DNA from: Thermoproteota archaeon
Lineage (GTDB): Archaea; Korarchaeota; Korarchaeia; B14-G2
Assembly (NCBI GenBank): GCA_037917675.1
Contig: JAVCBW010000025.1
Coordinates: forward strand, 32,001-96,000
Direction of reading: 5' to 3'
DNA: 64,000 nucleotides
The notes below the pieces were generated by a model that ran no database searches, had not been told where the DNA came from, and saw nothing but the letters and a program-made list of their open reading frames with translations. The position numbers and the translations under genes were made by a program. Below are positions 19,454-29,329 of this stretch, piece by piece (positions within the stretch are counted from its first letter, which is position 1; each line of letters starts with the position of its first letter).

Positions 19454-20599
19454 GTGAGAGTGCTGATAGTCTCCACGTATCCTCCACAGAGATGTGGCAT
19501 TGCAGAGTACACTAAGGCCTTAGCTAGAGAGCTGTCTGAGAAGCATAATGTTGAAGTCGCGGTGTTTGCTGAGAAGAGGGAGTGGATCAAAAAGCAAGTG
19601 ACATTGGATAGTGGAGTGCTTGTAGTTAGAGGCTGGAGTAGGAATGGTAGAGTAGATTTACTTAGAGCCTTAAGATTACTTGTCTCCTTTAGGCCAGACA
19701 TAGTACATATCCAACATGAGTATGGGCTCTTTAGGAATAGAGTAGCATTCATATTAAGTCTCCTCTTCCTCAAGCTTTTGAGAATCAAAGTTGTTATAAC
19801 ATTTCACACAGTATGTGATGTTTCGCAGATGATTAGAAAGAGAATAAAGCCTACTTGGGATAAAGTGGTCAGTAAACTAGCTGATGCAGCAGTAGTGCAT
19901 ACTAGGCAATCAGCTAGGCTTCTGAGAGCATATGGGTGGGATAGGAATAAGTGTGCTGTGATAAAGCATGGAGCCATTGAGGTGAGGAGTATTGAAGACG
20001 AGGAGAACCATAAAGAGGTGAATATACTATTTATGGGGTTCATAACCCCCAGGAAAGGCATCGAACTCATCATAGATGCGCTTTCGAAGCTTAGAGAAGA
20101 TGGTGTTGGAAACTGGTTTTTTACTGTAGCAGGCTCCCTCCATCCAGCTTCTCTGAGGAGAGACCTACCATATCTGAGAACTTTGATGGAAAGGACAGCT
20201 AAGCTCAACTTAGAGGAAAAAGTAAAGTTCATAATCGAATACTTGAGCCATGATAAAATAGGAGAGCTGCTAAGGAAAGCTGACATAGTCGTGCTACCCT
20301 ATAGGGAACTATATGGTGCAAGTGGCATCTTGAGGCTTGCAGCATCATATAGGAAGCTTGTAATCGTATCTGATGTCGGAGAGCTCTCAGAGGAGGTAGT
20401 GGATATGGTGAATGGGTTAATATTCAAGGCAGGAGACTCAGAGGAGCTTACTAGGAAGCTTAAGCTGGCTATCTTAGATGGAAACCTGAGGAGAAAGCTT
20501 GGACGACAGTTATATGCTACTGTAGCTGCTAGAAGCACCTGGAGAAACATGGCTGAGCTGACTATGGATGTCTATGAGAGAGTTCTCACAGGAGGCTAG
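19454..20599 (+). CDS. Glycosyltransferase family 4 (GT-B)
   Basis: STYPPQRCGIAEY, DIVHIQHEYG, GFITPRKG, ADIVVLPY. Confidence 0.93.
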   Translation: MRVLIVSTYPPQRCGIAEYTKALARELSEKHNVEVAVFAEKREWIKKQVTLDSGVLVVRGWSRNGRVDLLRALRLLVSFRPDIVHIQHEYGLFRNRVAFILSLLFLKLLRIKVVITFHTVCDVSQMIRKRIKPTWDKVVSKLADAAVVHTRQSARLLRAYGWDRNKCAVIKHGAIEVRSIEDEENHKEVNILFMGFITPRKGIELIIDALSKLREDGVGNWFFTVAGSLHPASLRRDLPYLRTLMERTAKLNLEEKVKFIIEYLSHDKIGELLRKADIVVLPYRELYGASGILRLAASYRKLVIVSDVGELSEEVVDMVNGLIFKAGDSEELTRKLKLAILDGNLRRKLGRQLYATVAARSTWRNMAELTMDVYERVLTGG

Positions 20600-20653
20600 C
20601 ATGACAGACTGCAAGGTTTTAATTGTAGCGAGCAAGATAGCTTATGATCAGCT

Positions 20654-23176
20654 TTGGTGGAAGGTTACCTGTTATCCGTATGCTATGACAGAGATCTAGA
20701 GGTGGCAGCAGCTAAGCTTTACATTGAGGAGGAAAAACAGGTTAGGATTGTCCACTTGAACAGAGACCATAGACCCTACCTACTGACCAATGTCCCTCCC
20801 GAGAAGCTCAGTAAAATGCCTGAGATAGTTGGGCATAAGGGATTTCTGAGGGTTGAGAAGGTTATCAAGCATGACATTCTCAGAGACGCTGATGTAGTGC
20901 TAACTAAGGTCGTAGCAAAGGATCCTCTTGCCATAGGAGGCAGAGCTGAAAGCCTTCGAGAGATCATCAAGAGAATTTCACCTGAAGCTAAGGTATGGGA
21001 AGCTGATATAAAGTACAGAAACTGCTACATCTATGATAAGCTCCTAATACCTGGCATGAGATACAAGCTGGCTGGAGACGGGGAGCTCGAGCTGATAAAG
21101 CCTGAAATAAGCAGAGACAGGATAGAGCACATCCTCAGCAGGCTTGAAGATAGAGATGATGAGGCGCTCCAAGTTGCAAAGGAGATAGTGACGATTCTTG
21201 AGGAGGAAGCTCCAAGCATGGAAGCACTTGCAATGGACATAGAAGTAGAGACCACGCAGTATAATGTGATACCAGATCCTAAGGAAGCTGAGCAGAGAGT
21301 AATTGCTATTGGACTAGCATCGAGCGAGGGTAAGCCTCCTAAGATCCTACTGCTAGCAAAAAGCCAAGATCTAGATGAAAGTTACATTGAGCAGAGTAGC
21401 ATGTTAAGAGAAGCTGAGATAATTACTTATGCCGATGAGAAGACACTGATAATGGAGCTTCTTAGAACTCTCGAGAACACACCTCTCTTAGTCACATTCA
21501 ATGGAACAAACTTCGACCTGCCTTATCTGAGGCATAGAGCACAGAAACTTGGGATTCCTGAAAGTGATATCCCAATAGTAGCTAAAAGAGATCATTATAC
21601 TCTTAAGAAGGGAGTTCACATAGATCTTCATAGAGTGTTCAGCAATAAATCTCTAAAGAACTATGTGTATGCTGGGAAGTATAGGGAGGTAAGCTTAGAT
21701 TCGGTTTCACAAGCCCTGCTTGGAGAAAAGAAGAGGACTCCACCTAAGGAGTTCAAGACAGAAACGATAACAAGAATAGCAGAATACTGTCTCTATGACA
21801 CACTGCTCACACTTAGGCTCTTCACATATAGGAATAACATGCTACTTAAGCTTCTGTTCCTGTTCATGAGGATATCGAAGCTTTCAATGGAGGATGTAGC
21901 TAATACGGGGATATCTAACTGGATAAAAAATATGATGTACTTTGAGCTTAGAAGGAGAGGATATCTCATCCCAACGCCGGAAGAAGTGTTGAATAAAGGC
22001 AGAACAGTCACCACAGCTAGGATAAAGGGGAAGAAGTATCTTGGGGCTATAGTCATAAAGCCTAGGCCTGGTGCTTTCTTCAATGTTGCATGCTTAGACT
22101 TTGCTAGCCTGTATCCGAGCATAATAAGAAAGTATAGGATAAGTTTTGAGACAATAAATTGCCCTCATCACGAATGTAAGAGCAATAGGATACCTGAGGT
22201 AAACCACTGGGTCTGCAGGAAAGTAAGGGGGATCTTCCCTCTCATAATAGGCATACTTAGAGACATAAGAGTTGGATGGTATAAGAGTGCTAGTAAGAAT
22301 AAGGAGCTTCCAGAAGACAGCAGGCTGTGGTATGAAGCAGTACAGCAGTCTCTGAAGGTGTTTCTAAACGCCTCCTATGGCGTGAGCGGAGCAGAGACCT
22401 ATCCGCTGTACTGCCCTCCCGCTGCTGAGAGCATAGCGGCACTTGGTAGATATGCCATACAGAGGTCTCTTGAAATAGCTAGTGTAATGGGAGTTAAAGT
22501 GCTATATGGAGACACAGATAGCTTATTCATAAAAATCAGGTCAGAAGAAGATGTGGAGAGGCTTGAGAGAGAGATAGAGTCTAAGCTTGGGATGGATCTC
22601 GAGCTTGACAAGATTTACAGATATACTGTGTTCTCAGAGAGAAAAAAGAACTATCTTGGAGTTAGTGTGGATGGCGTTGTTGACGTGAAAGGCATGACTG
22701 GGAAGAAAAGGAATACGCCCAGGTTTATAAGAGAAGCCTTCCAGCAAGCCTTAGATGAGCTGAAGAAGGTGAAGACTCCTGAAGAGCTTGAGAGAGCCAA
22801 GGCCAGGATAATTGAGATAGTTAAGGATGCAAGAAGAAAGCTCGTTGAAAGGAAGCTTGCACTTGAGGACCTAGCTTTTGAAGTTATGCTAAGCAAACCC
22901 CTTGACAAGTATGAGAAGACTACCCCACAGCATGTCAAAGCAGCTAAGATGCTTCAGGAGAGGGGGGAAATCATAGCTACCGGGAAGATAATAGCATATG
23001 TGAAGACGAAAACAAGAGAGGGAGTGAAGCCTATAGAGCTAGCAACCATCGATGAGATCGATGTAGAGAAGTATGAGGAGTACTTGTTCAGCACATTTGA
23101 GCAGCTTCTTGACGCCCTTGGAATAGACTATGAGATACTAAGAGCGAAAACAGCTACCTTAGACCAGTTTTTCTAG
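20654..23176 (+). CDS. polB1: DNA polymerase B1 (crenarchaeal type)
   Basis: ExoI DIE, FNGTNFDLPY, DFASLYPSI, K..LNASYG, YGDTDS, C-terminal PIP-like TLDQFF. Confidence 0.95.
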   Translation: MVEGYLLSVCYDRDLEVAAAKLYIEEEKQVRIVHLNRDHRPYLLTNVPPEKLSKMPEIVGHKGFLRVEKVIKHDILRDADVVLTKVVAKDPLAIGGRAESLREIIKRISPEAKVWEADIKYRNCYIYDKLLIPGMRYKLAGDGELELIKPEISRDRIEHILSRLEDRDDEALQVAKEIVTILEEEAPSMEALAMDIEVETTQYNVIPDPKEAEQRVIAIGLASSEGKPPKILLLAKSQDLDESYIEQSSMLREAEIITYADEKTLIMELLRTLENTPLLVTFNGTNFDLPYLRHRAQKLGIPESDIPIVAKRDHYTLKKGVHIDLHRVFSNKSLKNYVYAGKYREVSLDSVSQALLGEKKRTPPKEFKTETITRIAEYCLYDTLLTLRLFTYRNNMLLKLLFLFMRISKLSMEDVANTGISNWIKNMMYFELRRRGYLIPTPEEVLNKGRTVTTARIKGKKYLGAIVIKPRPGAFFNVACLDFASLYPSIIRKYRISFETINCPHHECKSNRIPEVNHWVCRKVRGIFPLIIGILRDIRVGWYKSASKNKELPEDSRLWYEAVQQSLKVFLNASYGVSGAETYPLYCPPAAESIAALGRYAIQRSLEIASVMGVKVLYGDTDSLFIKIRSEEDVERLEREIESKLGMDLELDKIYRYTVFSERKKNYLGVSVDGVVDVKGMTGKKRNTPRFIREAFQQALDELKKVKTPEELERAKARIIEIVKDARRKLVERKLALEDLAFEVMLSKPLDKYEKTTPQHVKAAKMLQERGEIIATGKIIAYVKTKTREGVKPIELATIDEIDVEKYEEYLFSTFEQLLDALGIDYEILRAKTATLDQFF

Positions 23177-23607
23177 CGTACTCCTATGGGTATGTAGGGC
23201 TCCTTTATGCTCCTCTCCTCCCGCTTCCTAAACTTTATTCCATACTGTATTATCCCACTTTTTCCATTAACCCTAACTTTCCTGAAGCAAGCCTCTAGCT
23301 CCATACCTACTCTCAGCTCACTTGGAGGAATATCAGTTATCTGACCAATAACTTTGACACCATCTATCTCCACAAGGCCTATAGCATATGGTGTCTGCAG
23401 CTCAAATCCCTTTGGTGGGAAGTAAATGACGCTGTAACTTATCAGCTTACCCCTCCTTGGAAGCTTTATCCTCTTCATCTCTTTAGACTTACAGTTTGGG
23501 CAGATAATCCTTGGAGGATAAAACTTGCTACCACATTTCTCACATAAGGATGCTTCCAGCCTATACCTGTAAGGTATTTCTCTCCAGTATCTTGGAGCCG
23601 AGGACAT
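23173..23607 (-). CDS. DUF35 Zn-ribbon/OB-fold scaffold of the thiolase-HMGS complex
   Basis: CEKCG..YPPR.ICPNC; operon with thiolase and HMGS. Confidence 0.92.
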   Translation of the reverse strand: MSSAPRYWREIPYRYRLEASLCEKCGSKFYPPRIICPNCKSKEMKRIKLPRRGKLISYSVIYFPPKGFELQTPYAIGLVEIDGVKVIGQITDIPPSELRVGMELEACFRKVRVNGKSGIIQYGIKFRKREERSIKEPYIPIGVR

Positions 23608-24770
23608 TAGCCTCCCCTCTCAAAGACTATAGCAGCTGCATTTGAAGCAACTCCGCCTACACTTACCATGAGAGCTCGGCTTGGGCTGTCAACTTGGAGG
23701 CTGCCTGCCTCGCCTATCAGCTGCAGGGAAAGCTCAGCTGCCTGGTATACTCCAGTAGCTCCTATTGGATGACCTCGGGCTTTAAGTCCACCGCTTAAAT
23801 TTACAGGGATCCTTCCATCAGGCTCAAGGTCTCTGCTCTCAACGAGTTTATAAGCTTCTCCTCTCTTAGCTAGATTTAGCGCCTCCATTATCATGAATGC
23901 CATGAATGGAAATGAGTCATGTAACTCTGCAACGTCTATGTCGTCTATCGAGCAGTTGGCCATTTGAAAGGCTCTTTCAGCTGCCTTGCTTACTGCCTTC
24001 AAAAAGAGAGGGTCCTCTCTGTCCTTTATGCTTATGGCATCAGTTGCCTGACCTAGCCCTCTTATGAAAACAGGGGTATCAACCACCTTCTTAGCCTCCT
24101 TCACATTAGTGATTACGAGAGCAGCAGCACCGTCTCCTACAGGAGAGCAGTCAAGTAGTCTTATTGGATCAGCTACCAGTGGAGAATTTAGGTACTGTTC
24201 TACTGTCACAGGGAACCTAAGCTGAGCATATGGATTTTTTATTGCATTTTGATGCATAAGAGAGACAAATTCTCCAAACGCCTCCCTCTTCACTCCATAC
24301 TTCTCCATGTACATTCTCATCAATAGAGCGTTTGCAGCCTGAAATGTCACCCCATAAAACTTCTCATATTCTGCATCTAGGCAGCAGGATATTACATCAG
24401 TCACCTCGGTTGAAACTAGCTCACTCATCTTCTCAACTCCAACCAGGAGGACGGTATCATATATCCCTGAGGAAACAGCTGCAGTAGCCTGAATGAGCGC
24501 TACAGCTCCGGAGGCACAGGAGGCCTCTACCTTGACTGCTGGAGCTGGCGTTAAGGCCAGATAGTCTGCTATGAGGTCAGCTAGGCTCTCCTGATCACAG
24601 AATAGCTCAGAAGCCATATTGGATACATATATGGCATCTATCGTGGGGTTTCCTGCATCATCTAGCGCTTTAAGGCCTGCTTCTACTGCTAGCTCTCTTA
24701 TAGACTTACTCCAGTGCATTCCTACCTTAATCATGCCTAGCCCTACTATGGCAGCTAATCCTCTACCCAA
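23607..24770 (-). CDS. Acetoacetyl-CoA thiolase (mevalonate pathway)
   Basis: VEASCASG, ELHDSF, SGGLKARGHPIGATG. Confidence 0.93.
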   Translation of the reverse strand: MGRGLAAIVGLGMIKVGMHWSKSIRELAVEAGLKALDDAGNPTIDAIYVSNMASELFCDQESLADLIADYLALTPAPAVKVEASCASGAVALIQATAAVSSGIYDTVLLVGVEKMSELVSTEVTDVISCCLDAEYEKFYGVTFQAANALLMRMYMEKYGVKREAFGEFVSLMHQNAIKNPYAQLRFPVTVEQYLNSPLVADPIRLLDCSPVGDGAAALVITNVKEAKKVVDTPVFIRGLGQATDAISIKDREDPLFLKAVSKAAERAFQMANCSIDDIDVAELHDSFPFMAFMIMEALNLAKRGEAYKLVESRDLEPDGRIPVNLSGGLKARGHPIGATGVYQAAELSLQLIGEAGSLQVDSPSRALMVSVGGVASNAAAIVFERGG

Positions 24771-25845
24771 TGTTACCCACCTTGTCTGATGGAAGTATGA
24801 ACTTCCCTCTATGCTTTCCGTATACTGCGTAGGATACGCATCTCCTCCTTTCTATCAGGTCAGAAACAAGTGGGGCAAAGCTCTTCTTCTCTTCTATAAG
24901 CTCTGTTACAAGGATATCAAAGGCATCACTTCCAGCTCCAGACCCATATGATACGAGGAGCACACGCTCACCTGGGCTAGCATGGTCAAGAACATTGCAT
25001 AGCCCTATGAGAGCTGAGGCACTATAGGTGTTTCCTATCCTGTCTACAACTAGGCCATACTGCATTTGCTCCCTGCGGAAACCAAGTATGCTTCCTACCT
25101 TAACTGGGAATCTACCATTAGGTTGATGGAATATAACATGCTCATAGTCTCTTGGAGTAGCTCCAATCTCCTCCATTAGAGCCTTAGCTGCGCTTATGAT
25201 ATGGTGGAAATATGCGGGCTCTCCTGTAAAGGCTTCAGCATGACGGGGATATGGCTCAAACGGCCGCCTCCAGAAGTCAGGAGTGTCAGTTACATATGAT
25301 ACTGATGCGGTTATTATGGCAGCTGACTCAGCTTCCGGCCCAACTACTATAGCAGCGCTCCCTGCTGCAGCAGAGAACTCTAGGTCATCTCCAGGAGCGC
25401 CTTGCGCTGTATCCACCCCTATCGCCATGCCATAATTTATCATCCCTGATGAAACTAATGCCATACAACACTGGACAGCTTCAGTGCCTGCCTTACACGC
25501 AAACTCGAAGTCTGCAGCTAGCACCCTTGGAGTAGCACCCACAGCCTCTGCTACTATCGTGCTTGTTGGCTTAACAGCATAGGGTTTGGACTCTGTTCCA
25601 ACGAATACTGCACCTAGTAGAGAGGGATCTATTCCAGCTCTCTGGACTGCATAGTGTGCTGCCTCAACTGCCATAGTTGCAGTGTCTTCATCTATGTTCG
25701 GGACAGATTTTTCAAGTATCCTTATGCTCTTCTTCACTTTCTCCTTAGGTTTGCCCCATATGTCTGCAATCTCCTCTATCTTGATCCTAAGCCGAGGAAC
25801 ATATGCTCCCCAACCTACAATGCCGACTTTCCTAGCTGGCTTCAT
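24763..25845 (-). CDS. hmgS: Hydroxymethylglutaryl-CoA synthase
   Basis: GTESKPYAVKP, EFACKAGT, FHQPNG, GNTYS. Confidence 0.95.
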   Translation of the reverse strand: MKPARKVGIVGWGAYVPRLRIKIEEIADIWGKPKEKVKKSIRILEKSVPNIDEDTATMAVEAAHYAVQRAGIDPSLLGAVFVGTESKPYAVKPTSTIVAEAVGATPRVLAADFEFACKAGTEAVQCCMALVSSGMINYGMAIGVDTAQGAPGDDLEFSAAAGSAAIVVGPEAESAAIITASVSYVTDTPDFWRRPFEPYPRHAEAFTGEPAYFHHIISAAKALMEEIGATPRDYEHVIFHQPNGRFPVKVGSILGFRREQMQYGLVVDRIGNTYSASALIGLCNVLDHASPGERVLLVSYGSGAGSDAFDILVTELIEEKKSFAPLVSDLIERRRCVSYAVYGKHRGKFILPSDKVGNIG

Positions 25846-25992
25846 CTTAATTCCCCGCTTAGCTTAGTGTAAGCCCTATAGAACCGCTGGAAAACGCTGG
25901 TATAGTTGCAATAGTTTAGTTACCCTGCTATCAGTTAGCTTTAAACTTTACCATATGCCAAAATATTATATGTTGATAGGCGAACATCAGCT

Positions 25993-26721
25993 TTAGGTGA
26001 CTAGGAGCTTACGTAGCGCACTGACAAGCTCAGCCACAGAAGGTAGCCTTGAGATTATCAGAGGAACACCCATGAGCTCCGTTAGCTCTATTGCCAGGTC
26101 GTCTGCTCTAGAAGCCCCGTGTACAACCAGCGCTCCAGGTTTTACATTAAACACCTTTATGGCAACAGCAAGTGTCCGCCCTCCAGTCTGCCTAGCATTG
26201 GTGAAAATCAATGCTCTCTGCGTCGTGACTCCGAATATGTTATAGAAGTCTTGACCTGAAAGCTCTCTAATAGCTTTGAGCGCATCTACTATCGTATATC
26301 CATATACGTGGCCATTTAGAGCACTCTTGCATGAGTATACATCTCCTGATATGATTTCAACTAGCTTCGATATTTTAACTGGGTGAGAGAACTCCTTCAT
26401 GTCGATCACAGAGGATGGAAGAGGTATAGGGGTCAATGTTTTTGCTAATAACCGGGTTACATGGCCTCCTGACTTGAGATCTGCCTCTATTAATGCGTTC
26501 ACAAATCTCTTCAGCACATAGGTTCCAGGGCTCTTCCTTCTCCCAGACTCATAGTCTGATATGACTGAGGGAGATATCTCAAGTTGCTCAGCCAGCTTAC
26601 TCTGCTGTATCCCAAAGTACTCTCTCCACCTTCTCATAGCCTTTCCTGGGCTATCAGACATCACTATGTCTCCAATTATCTTCCTAGCTACATAGTCACG
26701 GAGAACCTCTATGGAAGACAT
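25993..26721 (-). CDS. XRE-family HTH transcriptional regulator, upstream of HMGS
   Basis: PGKAMRRWRE..SPSVISDYESGRRKSPG; TTQRALIFT. Confidence 0.88.
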   Translation of the reverse strand: MSSIEVLRDYVARKIIGDIVMSDSPGKAMRRWREYFGIQQSKLAEQLEISPSVISDYESGRRKSPGTYVLKRFVNALIEADLKSGGHVTRLLAKTLTPIPLPSSVIDMKEFSHPVKISKLVEIISGDVYSCKSALNGHVYGYTIVDALKAIRELSGQDFYNIFGVTTQRALIFTNARQTGGRTLAVAIKVFNVKPGALVVHGASRADDLAIELTELMGVPLIISRLPSVAELVSALRKLLVT

Positions 26722-26856
26722 GTTGTCCTTATTTAGGCTTACGTCGAATTAATAACTGTTTCGTATCATAGCCAAATATAGTGGAGTTTATAGTAGTAAA
26801 GATAACTTGATGCTCTCTTATTAGAGAGCCTGTAAGATAACCTATTTAAGGCATGT

Positions 26857-27464
26857 ATGGGAGGAAGGCTTGGTAGATCCTTGGGAGCCCATGATAGGAT
26901 ATATTTCCCGGTAAGTGAGGTGTTTAGGCTGGTGATAGCCTTTATACGAAGGAGGTTTCGCAGAGTACTGCTAGCGGTGAGTGGAATAATGCTTTCGATC
27001 GCATTCTACACGACGCTTGCCCTTACAGCTATAGTAGTGAGGGGAGATGTAAGCATGTTGAAAGACTACTACATATGGATGCTCATCTTATCTATTCTCG
27101 TGGCTGGAGCAGGGATAATGAACTCGGTATTTATGGCTGTTGTAGAGAGAACTAGGGAGATAGGGGCGATGAAGTGTCTTGGTGCGCTGTATAGGCATAT
27201 CCTCGAGATTTTCCTAATGGAGAGCGCATTACTAGGATTTATGGTGGAATTTTGGGGTATGTTCTCGGGGTATTCGCAACGATAGCTTTAACATCAAAGA
27301 CTCTGAGTGCTACAGCAGCATTTGAGATCCCAGGTGGATCTATGCTAGCATTATTCGCTCAAGCCGAAGCCATATCTATTGGATTATCAGTTTTAGCTGC
27401 AGCATACCCAGCTTATAGGGCAGCTAAGCTAGATCCTGTAGAGGCTCTAAGGTTCGTCATATAG
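26857..27464 (+). pseudogene. FtsX-like ABC permease, frameshifted near 27241
   Basis: V.ERTREIGAMKCLGA..FLMES.LLG continues as GGILGY..YPAYRAAKLDPVEALR in a shifted frame. Confidence 0.8.
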
Positions 27465-27474
27465 GGGAGTGTTA

Positions 27475-28220
27475 GTGGCTAGCGAGAAGTTGATTATACA
27501 CGGTAGAGACTGAAGAGCTGAAGAAGTACTATAAGATGGGACCAGAGACGGTGAAGGCGCTCGATGGAGTGAATCTCAGGGTTGTAAGGGAGGTACGTGA
27601 GTATAATGGGTCCTAGCGGGTCAGGTAAGACCACGTTCTTCAACATGATCGGTGGGCTTGATAAGCCAACTGCAGGCAAAGTCTACGTAGATGAAGTAGA
27701 CATATCGAAGCTAGATGCATATGAACTCGCATGGCTGAGGTGTAGGAAGATCGGGTACATCTTCCAGACATTCAATTTGATCCCAGTGATGACAGCACTA
27801 GAGAATGTCATGCTTCCAATGATATTTGCTGGCATAGACGCGGAGGAGAGGAAGAGGAGGGCTATAGAGCTCTTGAGAAGAGTTGGTTTAGGCGACAGGC
27901 TCGAGCATAAACCTGTTAAGCTATCAGGAGGACAGCAGCGTGTAGCTATAGCTAGAGCCCTAGCAAACAACCCAGCTATCATGCTTGCAGATGAGCCTAC
28001 TGCAAACCTAGATCTAGAGACTGGACGTAGCATAACAATGCTTCTGCACAAGCTAAATAGTGGGAAGAGAGTGACTGTAATGGCTGCAACACATGATCTT
28101 AAGATGATAGATGTAAGTGATAGAATAGTGTGGCTCAGAGATGGGAAGATAAGGAAGGTGGAGAAGAGAAAGGAGGTGTCGCTTAGAGTCTATAGGATTG
28201 AGGAAGCTAAGCGGCTATAA
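27475..28220 (+). pseudogene. LolD/MacB-type ABC ATPase with 5' frameshifts
   Basis: VETEELKKYY..VKALDGVNL in another frame upstream of GPSGSGKT; LSGGQQR, DEPT. Confidence 0.8.
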
Positions 28221-28616
28221 AGTGGATGCTAACAGCTCCTTTACCACTTTGTGGTAAGCCGTGTCCTCTTCTATGACTTCTGTATATCTCTTGGTTATCC
28301 TGGCAAGTAGCACAGCTAGGATATGATAGCAGAAGGAAGTGCTTCTGTTCACTATCACGCTTATAAGATGATCTTCACACGAGCAATAGCAGTATGGTAT
28401 GACTAGATACTCTCTTTCCCTCCCAACTACGCACCATATGGAGTCTCTGCTCGGGATGAAAACGTATCTTTTGACCTTCCCTTGTGAAACAGCTTCTAAA
28501 GCCCTCTTAGCCCTGCTTCCATACATGCTAGCTATAGTTTTAATAGCATCCTCCTCAGAGACTGTGGATAGTCTTTGATAGAGCAGAAGAGCTGTCTGAG
28601 CTATCATAGATGCCAT
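28215..28616 (-). CDS. SWIM zinc-finger protein
   Basis: YCSCED...CYHILA. Confidence 0.85.
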   Translation of the reverse strand: MASMIAQTALLLYQRLSTVSEEDAIKTIASMYGSRAKRALEAVSQGKVKRYVFIPSRDSIWCVVGREREYLVIPYCYCSCEDHLISVIVNRSTSFCYHILAVLLARITKRYTEVIEEDTAYHKVVKELLASTL

Positions 28617-29327
28617 GAGAACACCCGAGTATACTCCAGTGAAGAGGAGGAGATACTGATAGTAAGGTGGCTGCCGGGGCTACTGGTTAGACTTGGAGTT
28701 ATTAGGATTCTGGTAGTTGGAGACCTACATATTGGATTTGAGAGAGAGCTTGCCATGCGGGGGATACACCCGATCTCACAATGGAAGAGGTTCCTTAACA
28801 ACATAGCTATGGCAGGTATGAAGCTAAGAACCAATACTCTGGTTATATTAGGTGATTTAAAGCATGACGTCATTGGAGGGGGAAGAAGAGAGCTAGCTGA
28901 AGCAAGTATGCTTCTCAGGAAGCTAAAGGTGGTCTTCGAGAGGATAATTGTCACACGAGGAAACCATGATAGCTTGTTACGTGATGCATTGGAAGATATG
29001 GGGGTAGATGAAATCGAGTTTAAGGAAGCTAGAGGCTTCTCAGCCAGGAGCATATACTTTATGCATGGGCACGCTATTCCAGGAGATGAAGTCGCTAGGA
29101 GTAAGGTGGTTCTGTTAGCACATGCACATCCAGTCTTACCAGGCATGAGAAGTAGGGTTCTGGTAAAGGGAGATGTTCAGTTGGCAGGTAATAGAGCGTG
29201 CTTCTTTATAATACCTGCGATGAGCTACCTTGTGCCCGGGCTGGACTACAGAAGAGCTATCGACACCATCCCGCTGCTTAGGAGAAATAGGGCTTTGATA
29301 ACAGATGCATATACCATAGAGGGATAG
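28575..29327 (+). CDS. Calcineurin-like metallophosphoesterase (start uncertain)
   Basis: DLHIG, GDLKH, GNHD, MHGH, AHAHP. Confidence 0.88.
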   Translation: MIEQKSCLSYHRCHENTRVYSSEEEEILIVRWLPGLLVRLGVIRILVVGDLHIGFERELAMRGIHPISQWKRFLNNIAMAGMKLRTNTLVILGDLKHDVIGGGRRELAEASMLLRKLKVVFERIIVTRGNHDSLLRDALEDMGVDEIEFKEARGFSARSIYFMHGHAIPGDEVARSKVVLLAHAHPVLPGMRSRVLVKGDVQLAGNRACFFIIPAMSYLVPGLDYRRAIDTIPLLRRNRALITDAYTIEG

Positions 29328-29329
29328 AC

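Noticed and set aside
20654-23176. Intein in PolB
   Set aside because: Length and motif spacing are normal, with no intein boundary motifs.
25846-25992. Possible operator for the XRE regulator (cgctgg direct repeat)
   Set aside because: Too short, and no convincing matching site upstream of the regulator.
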